DNA of 40,662 bases from a bacterium (GTDB lineage Bacteria > SZUA-182 > DTGQ01 > JAFGSM01). The DNA lies in NCBI GenBank assembly GCA_049472295.1, contig JBLIRM010000005.1:1-40662 (forward strand), read 5' to 3'. This document shows positions 1 to 9,668 of this stretch, in pieces. A program made the position numbers and the translations under genes. The notes beneath the pieces were generated by a model, which worked only from the letters and a program-made list of their open reading frames with translations, did no database searches and had not been told where the DNA came from. Every line of letters starts with the position of its first letter. Position 1 is the first letter of the stretch.

Positions 1-213
1 AATCCTGTAATTCCCTTTGATCTCTACCTCCTTGATCTTTAAGTAACTCCATCTCGTGGCCATAGCAAAAAGATGCTGCCATAAGGGGATCAGGATCAAC
101 AAGGCAAACATCACCAGATAGGGCAGGAATTTCGAAGGCTCACGATTGTGTCTGACCCTCTTCTTCCTAACTTTTTGTTTCGATTGATTTATTAAATGAT
201 GCCCAGTCATCAT
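1..213 (-). CDS. ftsQ: Cell division protein FtsQ, 5' part (runs off the window start)
   Basis: Manual translation from ATG at 213: MMTGHHLINQSKQKVRKKRVRHNREPSKFLPYLVMFALLILIPLWQHLFAMATRWSYLKIKEVEIKGNYRI. It has a basic cytoplasmic tail, one TM helix and a POTRA start (IKEVEIKGN), and lies directly downstream of ddl in the dcw cluster. Not in the ORF track. Confidence 0.85.
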   Translation of the reverse strand, partial: MMTGHHLINQSKQKVRKKRVRHNREPSKFLPYLVMFALLILIPLWQHLFAMATRWSYLKIKEVEIKGNYRI

Positions 214-229
214 ACCCTCATGTATAACC

Positions 230-1204
230 TTAACCGACCATGATGTCCTGATCCCGGACCTGGTTTCGATCTCGCGACAAGGCCATCAAAAGGATCCTTT
301 CCACCAGATCGGGAAACTCTATGCCCTGTACCCTGGCAGCCTTGGGCAAAAGGCTGGTATCAGTCATTCCGGGTATGGTATTGATCTCCAGGCAGAAAGG
401 TCGGCAGTCCTCTCCGAGTCGAAAATCGACCCTGGAAAAATCCCGGCATCCCAAGGCCCGATGGGCATTCAAGGCCAGTTCTCTGATCTTTTCACTCAAA
501 TCGTTTTCCATAGGCGCAGGGCAAAGGTATTCCGTCTCTCCATGCGTATATTTAGCGTGAAAATCATAAAATCCGGAACGCGGGACAATCTCCAACACAG
601 GAAGGGCCTCTGCACCCAAAATACCAACCGTGAGTTCACGACCCGGAATGAATGCCTCAATCAATATCTGGTGATCGAACTTGAAGGCATCCGAGATCGC
701 AGGGCTCAACTCCGATCTCGATTTGACGATATATGTACCGATGGTGGATCCCTGGGACGCGGGTTTCACCACCACGGGATATCCGAAGGGACTGTCGCTC
801 ACCATCTCATCCCTCTCCTCCAAGACCGCAAAAGGGGGGGTGGGAACCTGTGAATTCTGTAAGACAATCTTGGCAAATACCTTGTTTATGGCTAATGAAC
901 TGGCCAGTACGCCGGAACCGGTGTATGGTATCCCCATCATCTCAAGCATCCCCTGGACCGTGCCGTCTTCACCAAAACGGCCATGAAGGGCCAGAAATGC
1001 CGCATCAATATTTTCATCCTTGATCCTTTCACAGATCGCCCGATCCACATCCAACTCGATTACCCGCCATCCCTTGGATTTTAAAGCACCCGCAATCGCC
1101 TGCCCTGTTTTTAGCGAGACCTCTCTTTCATCGGACCACCCGCCCATCAGGACACCGATCCGCTTTGATCTCTGCTGATTACCGTTTTTTTCCGTTTTAT
1201 TCAT
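230..1204 (-). CDS. ddl: D-alanine--D-alanine ligase
   Basis: GG.S.EREVSL, LHGRFGEDG, VKPASQGST, FYDFHAKY and LEINTIPGMT motifs. Start placed at ATG 1204, overlapping the murB end; the ORF track extends to 1216. Confidence 0.97.
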   Translation of the reverse strand: MNKTEKNGNQQRSKRIGVLMGGWSDEREVSLKTGQAIAGALKSKGWRVIELDVDRAICERIKDENIDAAFLALHGRFGEDGTVQGMLEMMGIPYTGSGVLASSLAINKVFAKIVLQNSQVPTPPFAVLEERDEMVSDSPFGYPVVVKPASQGSTIGTYIVKSRSELSPAISDAFKFDHQILIEAFIPGRELTVGILGAEALPVLEIVPRSGFYDFHAKYTHGETEYLCPAPMENDLSEKIRELALNAHRALGCRDFSRVDFRLGEDCRPFCLEINTIPGMTDTSLLPKAARVQGIEFPDLVERILLMALSRDRNQVRDQDIMVG

Positions 1205-2111
1205 CCCCCGCTCCATTCACCCAAAACCTGACCTCGGGTTCAAGAGTCACGCCGAATCTCTCATATACCTTCTTTTGAACCAGATCCATCAACCGGACAA
1301 AATCCTTCATGCTCCCCTTTCCAAGGTTTATAAAGAAATTGGCGTGTTTTTTGGAGACCTCGATATCTCCCACACGTTCCCCTTTCAGACCCGTTTCATC
1401 GATCAACCTGCCGGCGTGCTCCCCTTCGGGATTGCGGAATACACATCCGGCACTTCTCTCCCCGTGGGGCTGAATGGCCCACCTCTTCAGGAGGGCACTT
1501 TTAACGGCAGCCTTGACTTCCAGACCGGGCTTGAGTCTCAACCTGGCCCCAAGGACGATATGTCCATTTTTTATATTGCTTCCCCGATATGTAAAGCCCG
1601 CTTCTTCGGCCCTCCATGTTTCAATCCTGCCTCCCTCTAAGATATCCACCTCTTCAACCAGATCCCCTAAACTCCCCTGTTCCGTTCCTGCGTTCAGGGT
1701 GATTGCCCCTCCCAAGGTGCCGGGTATGCCGGCCAACGGTTCAACACCATCCAGACTGAACGTGATGGCCTCTCTCAAGAGATACGACAATGGACATCCC
1801 GCACCCATTCCGATCCTGTCATTATTCCTCTTGATCTCCATGAGCGTTCCACCCAACCGGATGATCATCCCTTTGAGCAATCCATCTTGAACCACAAGGT
1901 CGGTCCCTCTGCCCAAGATCCTGATTTTCATCCCTTCCGATCGGGTCATGGTAACAACCTTGTGCAATTCATCCAAATCATTGACAGTGACATAAAACTC
2001 AGCATTGCCCCCTATCTTTAGGGAGGTTAAAGGGGCCAGGGGATGTTTCTGACGAAACCTCGGGCCGAGCATCCTTTTCATCTGATTTATATATTCCCGA
2101 CCGGCCATCAT
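1197..2111 (-). CDS. murB: UDP-N-acetylenolpyruvoylglucosamine reductase
   Basis: IGGNAE, GIPGTLGGA..NAG, SAGCVFRNP, HANFFIN and LEPEV motifs; dcw position. Confidence 0.96.
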   Translation of the reverse strand: MMAGREYINQMKRMLGPRFRQKHPLAPLTSLKIGGNAEFYVTVNDLDELHKVVTMTRSEGMKIRILGRGTDLVVQDGLLKGMIIRLGGTLMEIKRNNDRIGMGAGCPLSYLLREAITFSLDGVEPLAGIPGTLGGAITLNAGTEQGSLGDLVEEVDILEGGRIETWRAEEAGFTYRGSNIKNGHIVLGARLRLKPGLEVKAAVKSALLKRWAIQPHGERSAGCVFRNPEGEHAGRLIDETGLKGERVGDIEVSKKHANFFINLGKGSMKDFVRLMDLVQKKVYERFGVTLEPEVRFWVNGAGDE

Positions 2112-3517
2112 GCATTTTCCTTCTTCGCAGTGATTGCCTTTGGGGGACTTCCCGTAATCAAATCCTTCAGCCTTTCACCAACCTTCCAGACATCTCCGGC
2201 CCCCAAAGTCAATATCATGTCTCCGGGCTGGATCATTTCCTTTAGAAATTCGGGAATGGTCCCCAAATCCGGCAAATAATGAACAAATTTATGACCATGC
2301 TCCTTGAGTCCCTCGGCAATGAGCCCGCCATGTATCCCCTCTATTGGAGACTCTCCAGCAGGATAAATATCCGTAATAACCACGAAATCCGCATTATAAA
2401 AGGAGGTAAAAAATTCGTCCAGGAGAAACCTGGTCCTGGTGTAACGATGGGGTTGAAAGACGCATATGAGTCTCTTCCCCCATCCCTTTTTGGCAGCCCT
2501 GAGCGTGGCTTTGATCTCGGTCGGATGATGGCCGTAGTCATCCACGATCACAAGATCCCCGATTTTGGCCTTGATCTGAAACCTGCGATCAGCACCGTGA
2601 AAGGATTCCAGTGCCTTCTGAATTACGACAAATGGGATTTCCAGATCCAGACATACGCCTACCGATGCAAGGGCATTATATATATTGTGGATTCCGGGGA
2701 GGCTCAGGTCGATCAGGCCCAGTTTTTCGCCGCGATAGAATACATCAAACCTTGAATGCAGGCCCTCTATCCGGATATTTTCGGCCCGGAGGTCACATTG
2801 AATGCTCAAACCATATGTCAGGATCCTCTTGGTCACACTGGGGATCAATTCCTGAATCGTTTCATTATCCAGACACATACAGATGAGCCCGTAAAAAGAG
2901 ACCTTGTTCATAAATTGGAGGAAGGCGGCCTTGATATGCTCCAGGTCCTGATAAAAATCGAGATGCTCCTGATCGATGTTGGTTACAACTGCAATGGTGG
3001 GAGAAAGCTTGAGAAAGGAGCCGTCACTCTCATCAGCCTCTGCAACCATATATTCCCCCTGACCGAGTTTGGCTGTGCTTCCGATGCTGTCCAGCCGACC
3101 CCCGATGACAATCGTGGGATCCAGCCCCCCTCTGGCTAAAATGGATGCAATCATGGATGTTGTAGTGGTTTTGCCATGGCTCCCTGCCACGGCAATACCA
3201 TACTTCATTCTCATTAATTCCGCCAACATCTCCGCCCTCGGAATCACCGGTATCATGGCAGCCCTTGCAGCCTTGAGCTCCGGATTTTGATCCGATACTG
3301 CAGAAGAATACACAACTACCTGGGCGTTCGAGATATTCTCTTTCTTATGTCCAAGGTGGATGGTCAGGCCGAGGTCCAGCAATCGTTTCACTGTGGGTCC
3401 GTTATTTAGATCGCTTCCGGTTACTTGATAGCCCAGATTATTCAAGACCTCTGCAATGCCGCACATCCCGATGCCGCCAATACCGACCATATGGATCCTT
3501 CTCAATTTAGGATGCAT
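2108..3517 (-). CDS. murC: UDP-N-acetylmuramate--L-alanine ligase
   Basis: IHMVGIGGIGM, GSHGKTTTT, EADESDGSF, DDYGHHPTEI and FQPHRYTRT motifs. Confidence 0.98.
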   Translation of the reverse strand: MHPKLRRIHMVGIGGIGMCGIAEVLNNLGYQVTGSDLNNGPTVKRLLDLGLTIHLGHKKENISNAQVVVYSSAVSDQNPELKAARAAMIPVIPRAEMLAELMRMKYGIAVAGSHGKTTTTSMIASILARGGLDPTIVIGGRLDSIGSTAKLGQGEYMVAEADESDGSFLKLSPTIAVVTNIDQEHLDFYQDLEHIKAAFLQFMNKVSFYGLICMCLDNETIQELIPSVTKRILTYGLSIQCDLRAENIRIEGLHSRFDVFYRGEKLGLIDLSLPGIHNIYNALASVGVCLDLEIPFVVIQKALESFHGADRRFQIKAKIGDLVIVDDYGHHPTEIKATLRAAKKGWGKRLICVFQPHRYTRTRFLLDEFFTSFYNADFVVITDIYPAGESPIEGIHGGLIAEGLKEHGHKFVHYLPDLGTIPEFLKEMIQPGDMILTLGAGDVWKVGERLKDLITGSPPKAITAKKENA

Positions 3518-4646
3518 TTTTCCTTCTTTCCCTCATCCGGTACCATAAAACCGCCTGATCACAAATGGATTTTGCGGCATTGGGCCTTCCCAATCCCATG
3601 CTCGATCGAGCCATGCTCTGCAGCAATTCCGGATTCTTTAATAGTTTCGTCATCTGGTCTGCCAAAACCTCCCCTGTCAGGTCTCTTTCCACAATCATCC
3701 GGGCGGCACCGGCACTCACCATTGGTTGGGCATTCATCCTTTGATGATCAGCCTTCGCACTGGGATAAGGGATCAGGATCGCAGGCCTTCCCGTGAGGGT
3801 CAGCTCCGAGATCGTGCCTGCCCCGGACCTGCATATGACCAGATCTGCCAGGAGATAGATACGGATCATATGATCGAAATAGGCTCTCGTGTGGGAAGGG
3901 ATCTTCTCCCTTTTATAGAAACCTGCTACCTCTTCATAGTCATCCTGACCTGTCTGATGAACGACCTGAAAGGGGATATCCATGGATTTCATTATCTTAA
4001 ATGCCTCCATGGATCTTATATTGATTGCGTGGGCCCCGAGGCTTCCTCCAAAAATAAGGAAGGTAAAAAGATCCGGTTTGAGCCCCAATTTTTCTCTTTC
4101 CATTTTTCTATTGATTTTTGAAGGGACCGGCCTCAATGGATTTCCCAACATCTTGACCCTCCCTTTGGGAAAGAATCCCGATGATTCAGGAAAAGAGGTA
4201 AATATGCCGTCCACCCATCGACCCAAAAAAAGATTTGCCCTCCCGGGCAGCAGATTCTGTTCGTGAATAAAAGTAGTGATCCCCCTGATCTTACCCATAC
4301 TGATCAGAGGGAAGGAAACATAAGCCCCCAACCCGATGATCATATCCGGTGCATAGGAAGAGATAATCCGCCATGCCCTTGGAAACGACATGGCAAATCT
4401 GAACAGATTGACCAGTGTTTTCCATGAGGGCCCCCAGCTCATTCCCTTTACGGGCATTGTTTCAAAGGGGAGTCCCTCGCTCTCTACAATATGTCTATCT
4501 AAGGGTTTAGAAGTCATAACCATCAGACATTCCATGTCCTTTCTCGAGATAAACTCCTTTGCCAGGGCCACACCAGGATAGATATGCCCGCCTGTGCCGC
4601 CGGCTGCCAAAATAACCCTGATCTTTTCATGTGTATTGGGAGACAT
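3507..4646 (-). CDS. murG: Undecaprenyl-PP-MurNAc-pentapeptide GlcNAc transferase
   Basis: GGTGGHIYPG, HEQN, GNPLR, FGGSLGA, RSGAGT and HQRMNA motifs. Confidence 0.97.
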   Translation of the reverse strand: MSPNTHEKIRVILAAGGTGGHIYPGVALAKEFISRKDMECLMVMTSKPLDRHIVESEGLPFETMPVKGMSWGPSWKTLVNLFRFAMSFPRAWRIISSYAPDMIIGLGAYVSFPLISMGKIRGITTFIHEQNLLPGRANLFLGRWVDGIFTSFPESSGFFPKGRVKMLGNPLRPVPSKINRKMEREKLGLKPDLFTFLIFGGSLGAHAINIRSMEAFKIMKSMDIPFQVVHQTGQDDYEEVAGFYKREKIPSHTRAYFDHMIRIYLLADLVICRSGAGTISELTLTGRPAILIPYPSAKADHQRMNAQPMVSAGAARMIVERDLTGEVLADQMTKLLKNPELLQSMARSSMGLGRPNAAKSICDQAVLWYRMRERRKNAS

Positions 4647-5724
4647 TCAAAAGTATCCCAATACCCAAGGCATTAAAAACAAGAGAGGTTCCGCCATAAC
4701 TGATAAGGGGAAGCGTAATCCCCTTGGTCGGCAACAAACCCGTCACCACACCCATATTGATAAAGCCCTGATAAACGATCAGGCAGGTGATGCCGGTGGC
4801 CAGATAAAACCCGAAGAAATCCTCGCAATGCGTTGCGATCTTCAATCCACGCCAGGCGATAAGGAAAAAAAGGCACACAATCAAACAGGTTCCAACCAGG
4901 CCTACCTCTTTTCCAATAATGGCAAAGATAAAATCCGTAAATGGTTCGGGGATGGTAATGCCGTTTTGAACGGCATTGCCAAGGCCAACACCCATTGTGC
5001 CTCCGCTTCCGATGGAGACCATTGAACGGATAAGTTGATATCCGCTCCCTCTCGGGTCCTCCCACGGGTCAAAATGTGATGTAATTCGATTCAACCTGTA
5101 AGGGGTGATCCAGATCAAAACAATCAAACAACACAGAAATACCAATATGGGAACGAACAGGTATCTCAAACGGACTCCAGCCACAAAAAACATGGTAAGT
5201 CCCACCATAACAATCAAAGCACCTGTTCCCAGATCAGGCTGTGCCACGATCAGGACAAAAAATACACCCAATATAAAGAAAAGGGGGGATGAGATGGATT
5301 CCAATTCTCCCAGCCTGTCTTTTTTCTTGGCCAAAAAAGAGGCCATAAAGATAATCATTGCGATCTTAGCCAGTTCAGATGGTTGAAAGCTTAAAAAGGG
5401 AGCCATCTTGATCCATCTTCGTGCCCCCCCCCATTTGACACCCAAATGTGGGAAAAATACCAGAAGCAGGGAAAGAAAGCTCAGGGCAAGAATGACCGGT
5501 GACCATTTCTTCCATTTGGCATAAGAACACTTCATTGCCGCAAAAAGCAAAACCATAGCCACCATCAGGTGGTATAGATGCATCTTTAAAAAGTGATATG
5601 GGGGCTGTCCATACTTTTTTACCGCAATGATGGCACTGGCGTTATAGATCATCACCACCCCGATTCCCATCATGATCAGGGCTGTTACGAGCAGTAACAG
5701 ATCAAAATTTCTTTTTCTCGGCAT
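4627..5724 (-). CDS. ftsW: Peptidoglycan polymerase FtsW (SEDS family)
   Basis: GARRWI, FQPSELAK, QPDLGT, PEPFTDFIFA and PTKGITLPLISYGGTS motifs; multi-TM protein between murD and murG. Confidence 0.96.
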   Translation of the reverse strand: MPRKRNFDLLLLVTALIMMGIGVVMIYNASAIIAVKKYGQPPYHFLKMHLYHLMVAMVLLFAAMKCSYAKWKKWSPVILALSFLSLLLVFFPHLGVKWGGARRWIKMAPFLSFQPSELAKIAMIIFMASFLAKKKDRLGELESISSPLFFILGVFFVLIVAQPDLGTGALIVMVGLTMFFVAGVRLRYLFVPILVFLCCLIVLIWITPYRLNRITSHFDPWEDPRGSGYQLIRSMVSIGSGGTMGVGLGNAVQNGITIPEPFTDFIFAIIGKEVGLVGTCLIVCLFFLIAWRGLKIATHCEDFFGFYLATGITCLIVYQGFINMGVVTGLLPTKGITLPLISYGGTSLVFNALGIGILLNVSQYT

Positions 5725-7135
5725 ATATCAGCTCCATAAGCATCTTTTTAAATTGTTCACCCCTGTCCTTATAATCCTTAAACATATCAAAGCTCGCACA
5801 TCCCGGTGAAAGCAGCACAGTATCGCCGGGCTTCGCCATCCTGTAAGACTCATGAATTGCAGATCGGAGATCCTCTGATTCTATGATCCGGGTATATTCA
5901 GCAAGGGCATGAGCAATCTTTGCCCTGGCCTCCCCGATAAGACAAATGGCCTCAACCTTATTCCTGACCAATTGTGAGAGTGCACTAAAATCTCCGCCTT
6001 TATCCTGTCCTCCTGCGATTAATATAATGGGTGCATCGATGGATTCGAGTGCCTTGATCACGGCCCCCACATTGGTTCCTTTCGAGTCATTGACAAACCG
6101 GACCCCGTTGATTTCCCCGACCCTTTCCAAACGGTGTGGCAGCCCTTTAAAATCCCTGAGGACCGCTCTAATGTCTTGATCGGATACACCAACCAGGTAG
6201 GCGGCCAAACTCGCAGCCATGATATTCTCCAGGTTATGACTCCCATATAATCCCATCCCTTCTACTGCACCCAGATCCACTTCCTTGTATTGATCATGAA
6301 TGATGACATGTCCTTCACTGATCTCGGCCCCTTTTGTAACATGCCTTTCACTATCAAACAAATAAGCAGTGCCAAAACATTTTTCAGCCAAACCATAGAC
6401 CCAGGGATCCCGGGCATTCAAAATGGCGTAATCCTCGGAGGTCTGTTGCTTCACTATCCTTTCCTTGGCCTCTTTATACTCTTTCATCCCGGGATATCGA
6501 TTCAGATGATCGGGTGTGAGATTGAGGATAATGGCAATATGGGGGGCAAAATCCACAACCCCCTCCAGTTGAAAGCTGCTCACCTCAGCCACGATGAAAT
6601 CGTAATCCGCATCATGATCGAAGGCTTCAAGGATAGGGGTACCGATATTCCCTCCGACAAATGTCCGCTTCCCCCCGGCCTTCAAGATTTCACCGAGAAG
6701 CGTGGTGGTTGTTGTTTTACCGTTGGTCCCAGTAACCGCAAGTATGGGAACCTTGGAGATTCGAAAGGCCAGTTCTATGTCGCTCAAAATCGGAATCCCT
6801 CTGGCCCTGGCTTTGACCAAGGGCGATACATCCATAGGCACCCCGGGGCTCACCAGTATCCAATCCTTGTCCAGGAAGGTCTTTTCCTTATGCCCCCCGA
6901 ATTCCCAATGAACGCCCATCTCCTCAAGTTCATGAAGATCCACCTGCAATTCTGTCACTGGCTTTCGCTCAGAAATGGTCACCCTGCACCCATGTTTTGC
7001 CAGAAATCTTGCAGCAGCAATGCCTGTATTGGCGAATCCCACCACCAAGACGTCCGCATCCGGGAATAAATTCTTTTGCTCCTTTTTCTTCATCCATTTC
7101 TCTTTCTTTGTTTTCGTATCAAGCATGCATGTCAT
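5702..7135 (-). CDS. murD: UDP-N-acetylmuramoyl-L-alanine--D-glutamate ligase
   Basis: VSPGVP, TGTNGKTTTT, GGNIG, EVSSFQLE, NDSKGTN and LLSPGCASFDMF motifs. The true start may lie a few codons downstream. Confidence 0.97.
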   Translation of the reverse strand: MTCMLDTKTKKEKWMKKKEQKNLFPDADVLVVGFANTGIAAARFLAKHGCRVTISERKPVTELQVDLHELEEMGVHWEFGGHKEKTFLDKDWILVSPGVPMDVSPLVKARARGIPILSDIELAFRISKVPILAVTGTNGKTTTTTLLGEILKAGGKRTFVGGNIGTPILEAFDHDADYDFIVAEVSSFQLEGVVDFAPHIAIILNLTPDHLNRYPGMKEYKEAKERIVKQQTSEDYAILNARDPWVYGLAEKCFGTAYLFDSERHVTKGAEISEGHVIIHDQYKEVDLGAVEGMGLYGSHNLENIMAASLAAYLVGVSDQDIRAVLRDFKGLPHRLERVGEINGVRFVNDSKGTNVGAVIKALESIDAPIILIAGGQDKGGDFSALSQLVRNKVEAICLIGEARAKIAHALAEYTRIIESEDLRSAIHESYRMAKPGDTVLLSPGCASFDMFKDYKDRGEQFKKMLMELIYAEKKKF

Positions 7136-8217
7136 CTCAATTTAAGCGTACTGAAACTGAGAAGGGCCAGTATGATGGAGATGATCCAAAAACGGACAAT
7201 AATCTTGGGTTCCGCCCAGCCTTTCAACTCAAAATGATGATGAATGGGCGCCATGGCAAAGATCCTGCGACCGCTCAGACGAAATGAGATGATCTGGATG
7301 ATAACTGATACGGTCTCAATGACAAAAAGGCCCCCGATCAGGATCAGTATCAACTCGTGTTTGGTCAGGAGTGCGACTGTTCCGAGTGCTGCCCCAAGTG
7401 AAAGTGACCCCATGTCACCCATAAATACCTGGGCCGGATAGGTGTTGAACCATAAAAATCCGAGCCCGGCACCCATCATTGCACTACAAAAGATGGTCAG
7501 TTCACCGGCCCCTTTGACATTGATAATCATCAGATAATGGGCAAATTTGGCATGCCCGGTCACATAGGCAAGGCCGGTATATGTGGCTGCAGCGATAATC
7601 ATTGGACCTATGGCCAGGCCATCCAAACCATCCGTCAGGTTCACGCTATTGGATGTCCCTACAATCACAAAAAGACAGAAAGGGATATAAAACCAACCCA
7701 GATTGGGTTTTAGATTTTTGAAAAAGGGGACAGCGAGTTCCGTTGTATATGAATTGGCCGGATTCAGATATAGGTAGATACCCGCAGCAAGGGCTATCAG
7801 AGACTGGATCAGTAATTTGGATTTGATACTCAGGCCGGAACTTTTACCCTTACCTTTCAATTTCAAAAAGTCATCCCAAAATCCCAGGATTCCGAAGGAG
7901 ACTGTGACCAGGATAACGACCCAGATATAGCGGTTCTTTAAATCCGCCCACAGGAGTGTTGGTATAACAAGTGAGATGAGTAAGAGTATCCCGCCCATAG
8001 TGGGGGTACCGGCCTTGGTCTGATGGACCACTGGCACTACATCCCGAATCTGCTCCCCGACATTAAAGGAGCGGAGTTTATTAATCAACCAGGGACCCAG
8101 AAGAAAGCTCAAAATCAAAGAGGTCAAGGCCGTATATGCCGCCCTGAATGTAATATACCGGAAGACATTCAAAAAGGAGTATTTAGTGCGCAAAGAATAT
8201 ATCAGATAATAGAACAT
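7132..8217 (-). CDS. mraY: Phospho-N-acetylmuramoyl-pentapeptide transferase
   Basis: KAGTPTMGG, WDDFLK, NLTDGLDGLA, FMGD.GSL and MAPIHHHFE motifs. Confidence 0.98.
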   Translation of the reverse strand: MFYYLIYSLRTKYSFLNVFRYITFRAAYTALTSLILSFLLGPWLINKLRSFNVGEQIRDVVPVVHQTKAGTPTMGGILLLISLVIPTLLWADLKNRYIWVVILVTVSFGILGFWDDFLKLKGKGKSSGLSIKSKLLIQSLIALAAGIYLYLNPANSYTTELAVPFFKNLKPNLGWFYIPFCLFVIVGTSNSVNLTDGLDGLAIGPMIIAAATYTGLAYVTGHAKFAHYLMIINVKGAGELTIFCSAMMGAGLGFLWFNTYPAQVFMGDMGSLSLGAALGTVALLTKHELILILIGGLFVIETVSVIIQIISFRLSGRRIFAMAPIHHHFELKGWAEPKIIVRFWIISIILALLSFSTLKLR

Positions 8218-9665
8218 TGATCTCTCTCTTCCTTATCCCATTGTTTTTTTTTAAAACCATTCCTGATACGAATGAGTTCGCTCAAATCCGAGGCTACGCG
8301 ATCCAAACCCATCTGTCTGGAACCTTTGATCAGGACCCAATCTCCTGCATCCAATAATGAGCCGGCCATTTTGGCAATTTCATCGAGATTATTGATGGAC
8401 CAAACATTTTGAGGGGGATATCCTGTCTTAACCGCCTCCTGTGCCATTAGCTCTGCCTGTACACCATAGGCAATCAGAAAATCCACTCTTTTGTTATGCC
8501 CCAGCCATTGTCCGAGTTGACGGTGGAGGCACTCGGATTGGCTGCCTAATTCCAGCATATCTCCCAATATGGCCATGGATCTGGCGGAACCTTTACACTC
8601 AAAAAGTGTGCTCAGGGCTGAGTGCATGGATTCGGGATTGGCATTATAGGAATCATTCAGGATATGTATACCCTTGATGATTTGATGATCCATTCGATTG
8701 GGTATGGGGGAAAAATCTGCAATCCCGGACTCGATATCTGTTTGTTCACAACCCATTTCCATAGCCACTGCAATAGCCATCAGAAGATTATAGGCAATGA
8801 ATCTTCCTAATATGGGTAGGGAAAGGGAGAGGATCTTTTCCTTGATTTTCATCACCACTTGAGTCTTGCCTTCACTGGGAAGAAGTTCGATCTTTTGTAT
8901 TCTCAGATCCGCCTTTTCCGATTCACCCACAGTAATCACCCCATTCTGACATCTTTCTGCCAAGATATAATAGTATGGGTCATCCCGGTTCAAAACAGCT
9001 AAGCTATCCGGACCCATTCCCTCCAGAAGCTCTGATTTTGCATCGATGATTTGATTCACCGAACCGAGAAGGCCGATATGGGCCTTTCCTATATTGGTTA
9101 TCACACCGATCTTTGGTTTGACCATATCGGTCAATTGGGCGATCTCACCCAGATGATTCATGCCCAGTTCCAATACGCCCACTTCGTGCGATGCCTCTAA
9201 TCGAAGGAGCATCAGGGGTACACCGATATGATTGTTCATATTCCCTTCGGTGCTGAGACAGTTGTATCGTTGTTTCAGTATTTTTGCGATCAGCTCTTTG
9301 GTTGTTGTCTTCCCCGAGCTCCCTGTAACCGCCACAATCGGACAGGGATGCATCTCCCGCCATGACTTTGCAAGTATTTGCAGGGCCTTGAGTGTATCTT
9401 GAACACTGATCAATCTCCCGGGTGCGCTACAAGAATCCATTGGCCTTGAAACCACGGCTGCCAGAGCACCTTTTTTAAATGCCTCCTCAACGAAATTATG
9501 CCCATCGAATCGTTCCCCCTTAATGCACCAAAAAAGGTCACCCTGGCAGAGTGTTCGGGAATCAATGGATATACCCCCGACCTTTTTATGAGAAATGGCC
9601 TTATCCGGTTTCTCTATCCACTCTCCACCGATAATCCGGGCGATTCTATCGGTTGTGATCTCCAT
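8202..9665 (-). CDS. murF: UDP-N-acetylmuramoyl-tripeptide--D-alanyl-D-alanine ligase
   Basis: IDSR, TGSSGKTTTKE, ELGMNHLGEI, NDSYNANPESM, GDMLELG and KGSR motifs. Confidence 0.97.
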   Translation of the reverse strand: MEITTDRIARIIGGEWIEKPDKAISHKKVGGISIDSRTLCQGDLFWCIKGERFDGHNFVEEAFKKGALAAVVSRPMDSCSAPGRLISVQDTLKALQILAKSWREMHPCPIVAVTGSSGKTTTKELIAKILKQRYNCLSTEGNMNNHIGVPLMLLRLEASHEVGVLELGMNHLGEIAQLTDMVKPKIGVITNIGKAHIGLLGSVNQIIDAKSELLEGMGPDSLAVLNRDDPYYYILAERCQNGVITVGESEKADLRIQKIELLPSEGKTQVVMKIKEKILSLSLPILGRFIAYNLLMAIAVAMEMGCEQTDIESGIADFSPIPNRMDHQIIKGIHILNDSYNANPESMHSALSTLFECKGSARSMAILGDMLELGSQSECLHRQLGQWLGHNKRVDFLIAYGVQAELMAQEAVKTGYPPQNVWSINNLDEIAKMAGSLLDAGDWVLIKGSRQMGLDRVASDLSELIRIRNGFKKKQWDKEERDQCSII

Positions 9666-9668
9666 GAC

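Noticed and set aside
6290-7069. Long antisense ORFs (e.g. 6290-7069, 11890-12588, 24282-24848)
   Set aside because: They are shadow frames opposite well-supported genes or pseudogenes, with no motifs or RBS.
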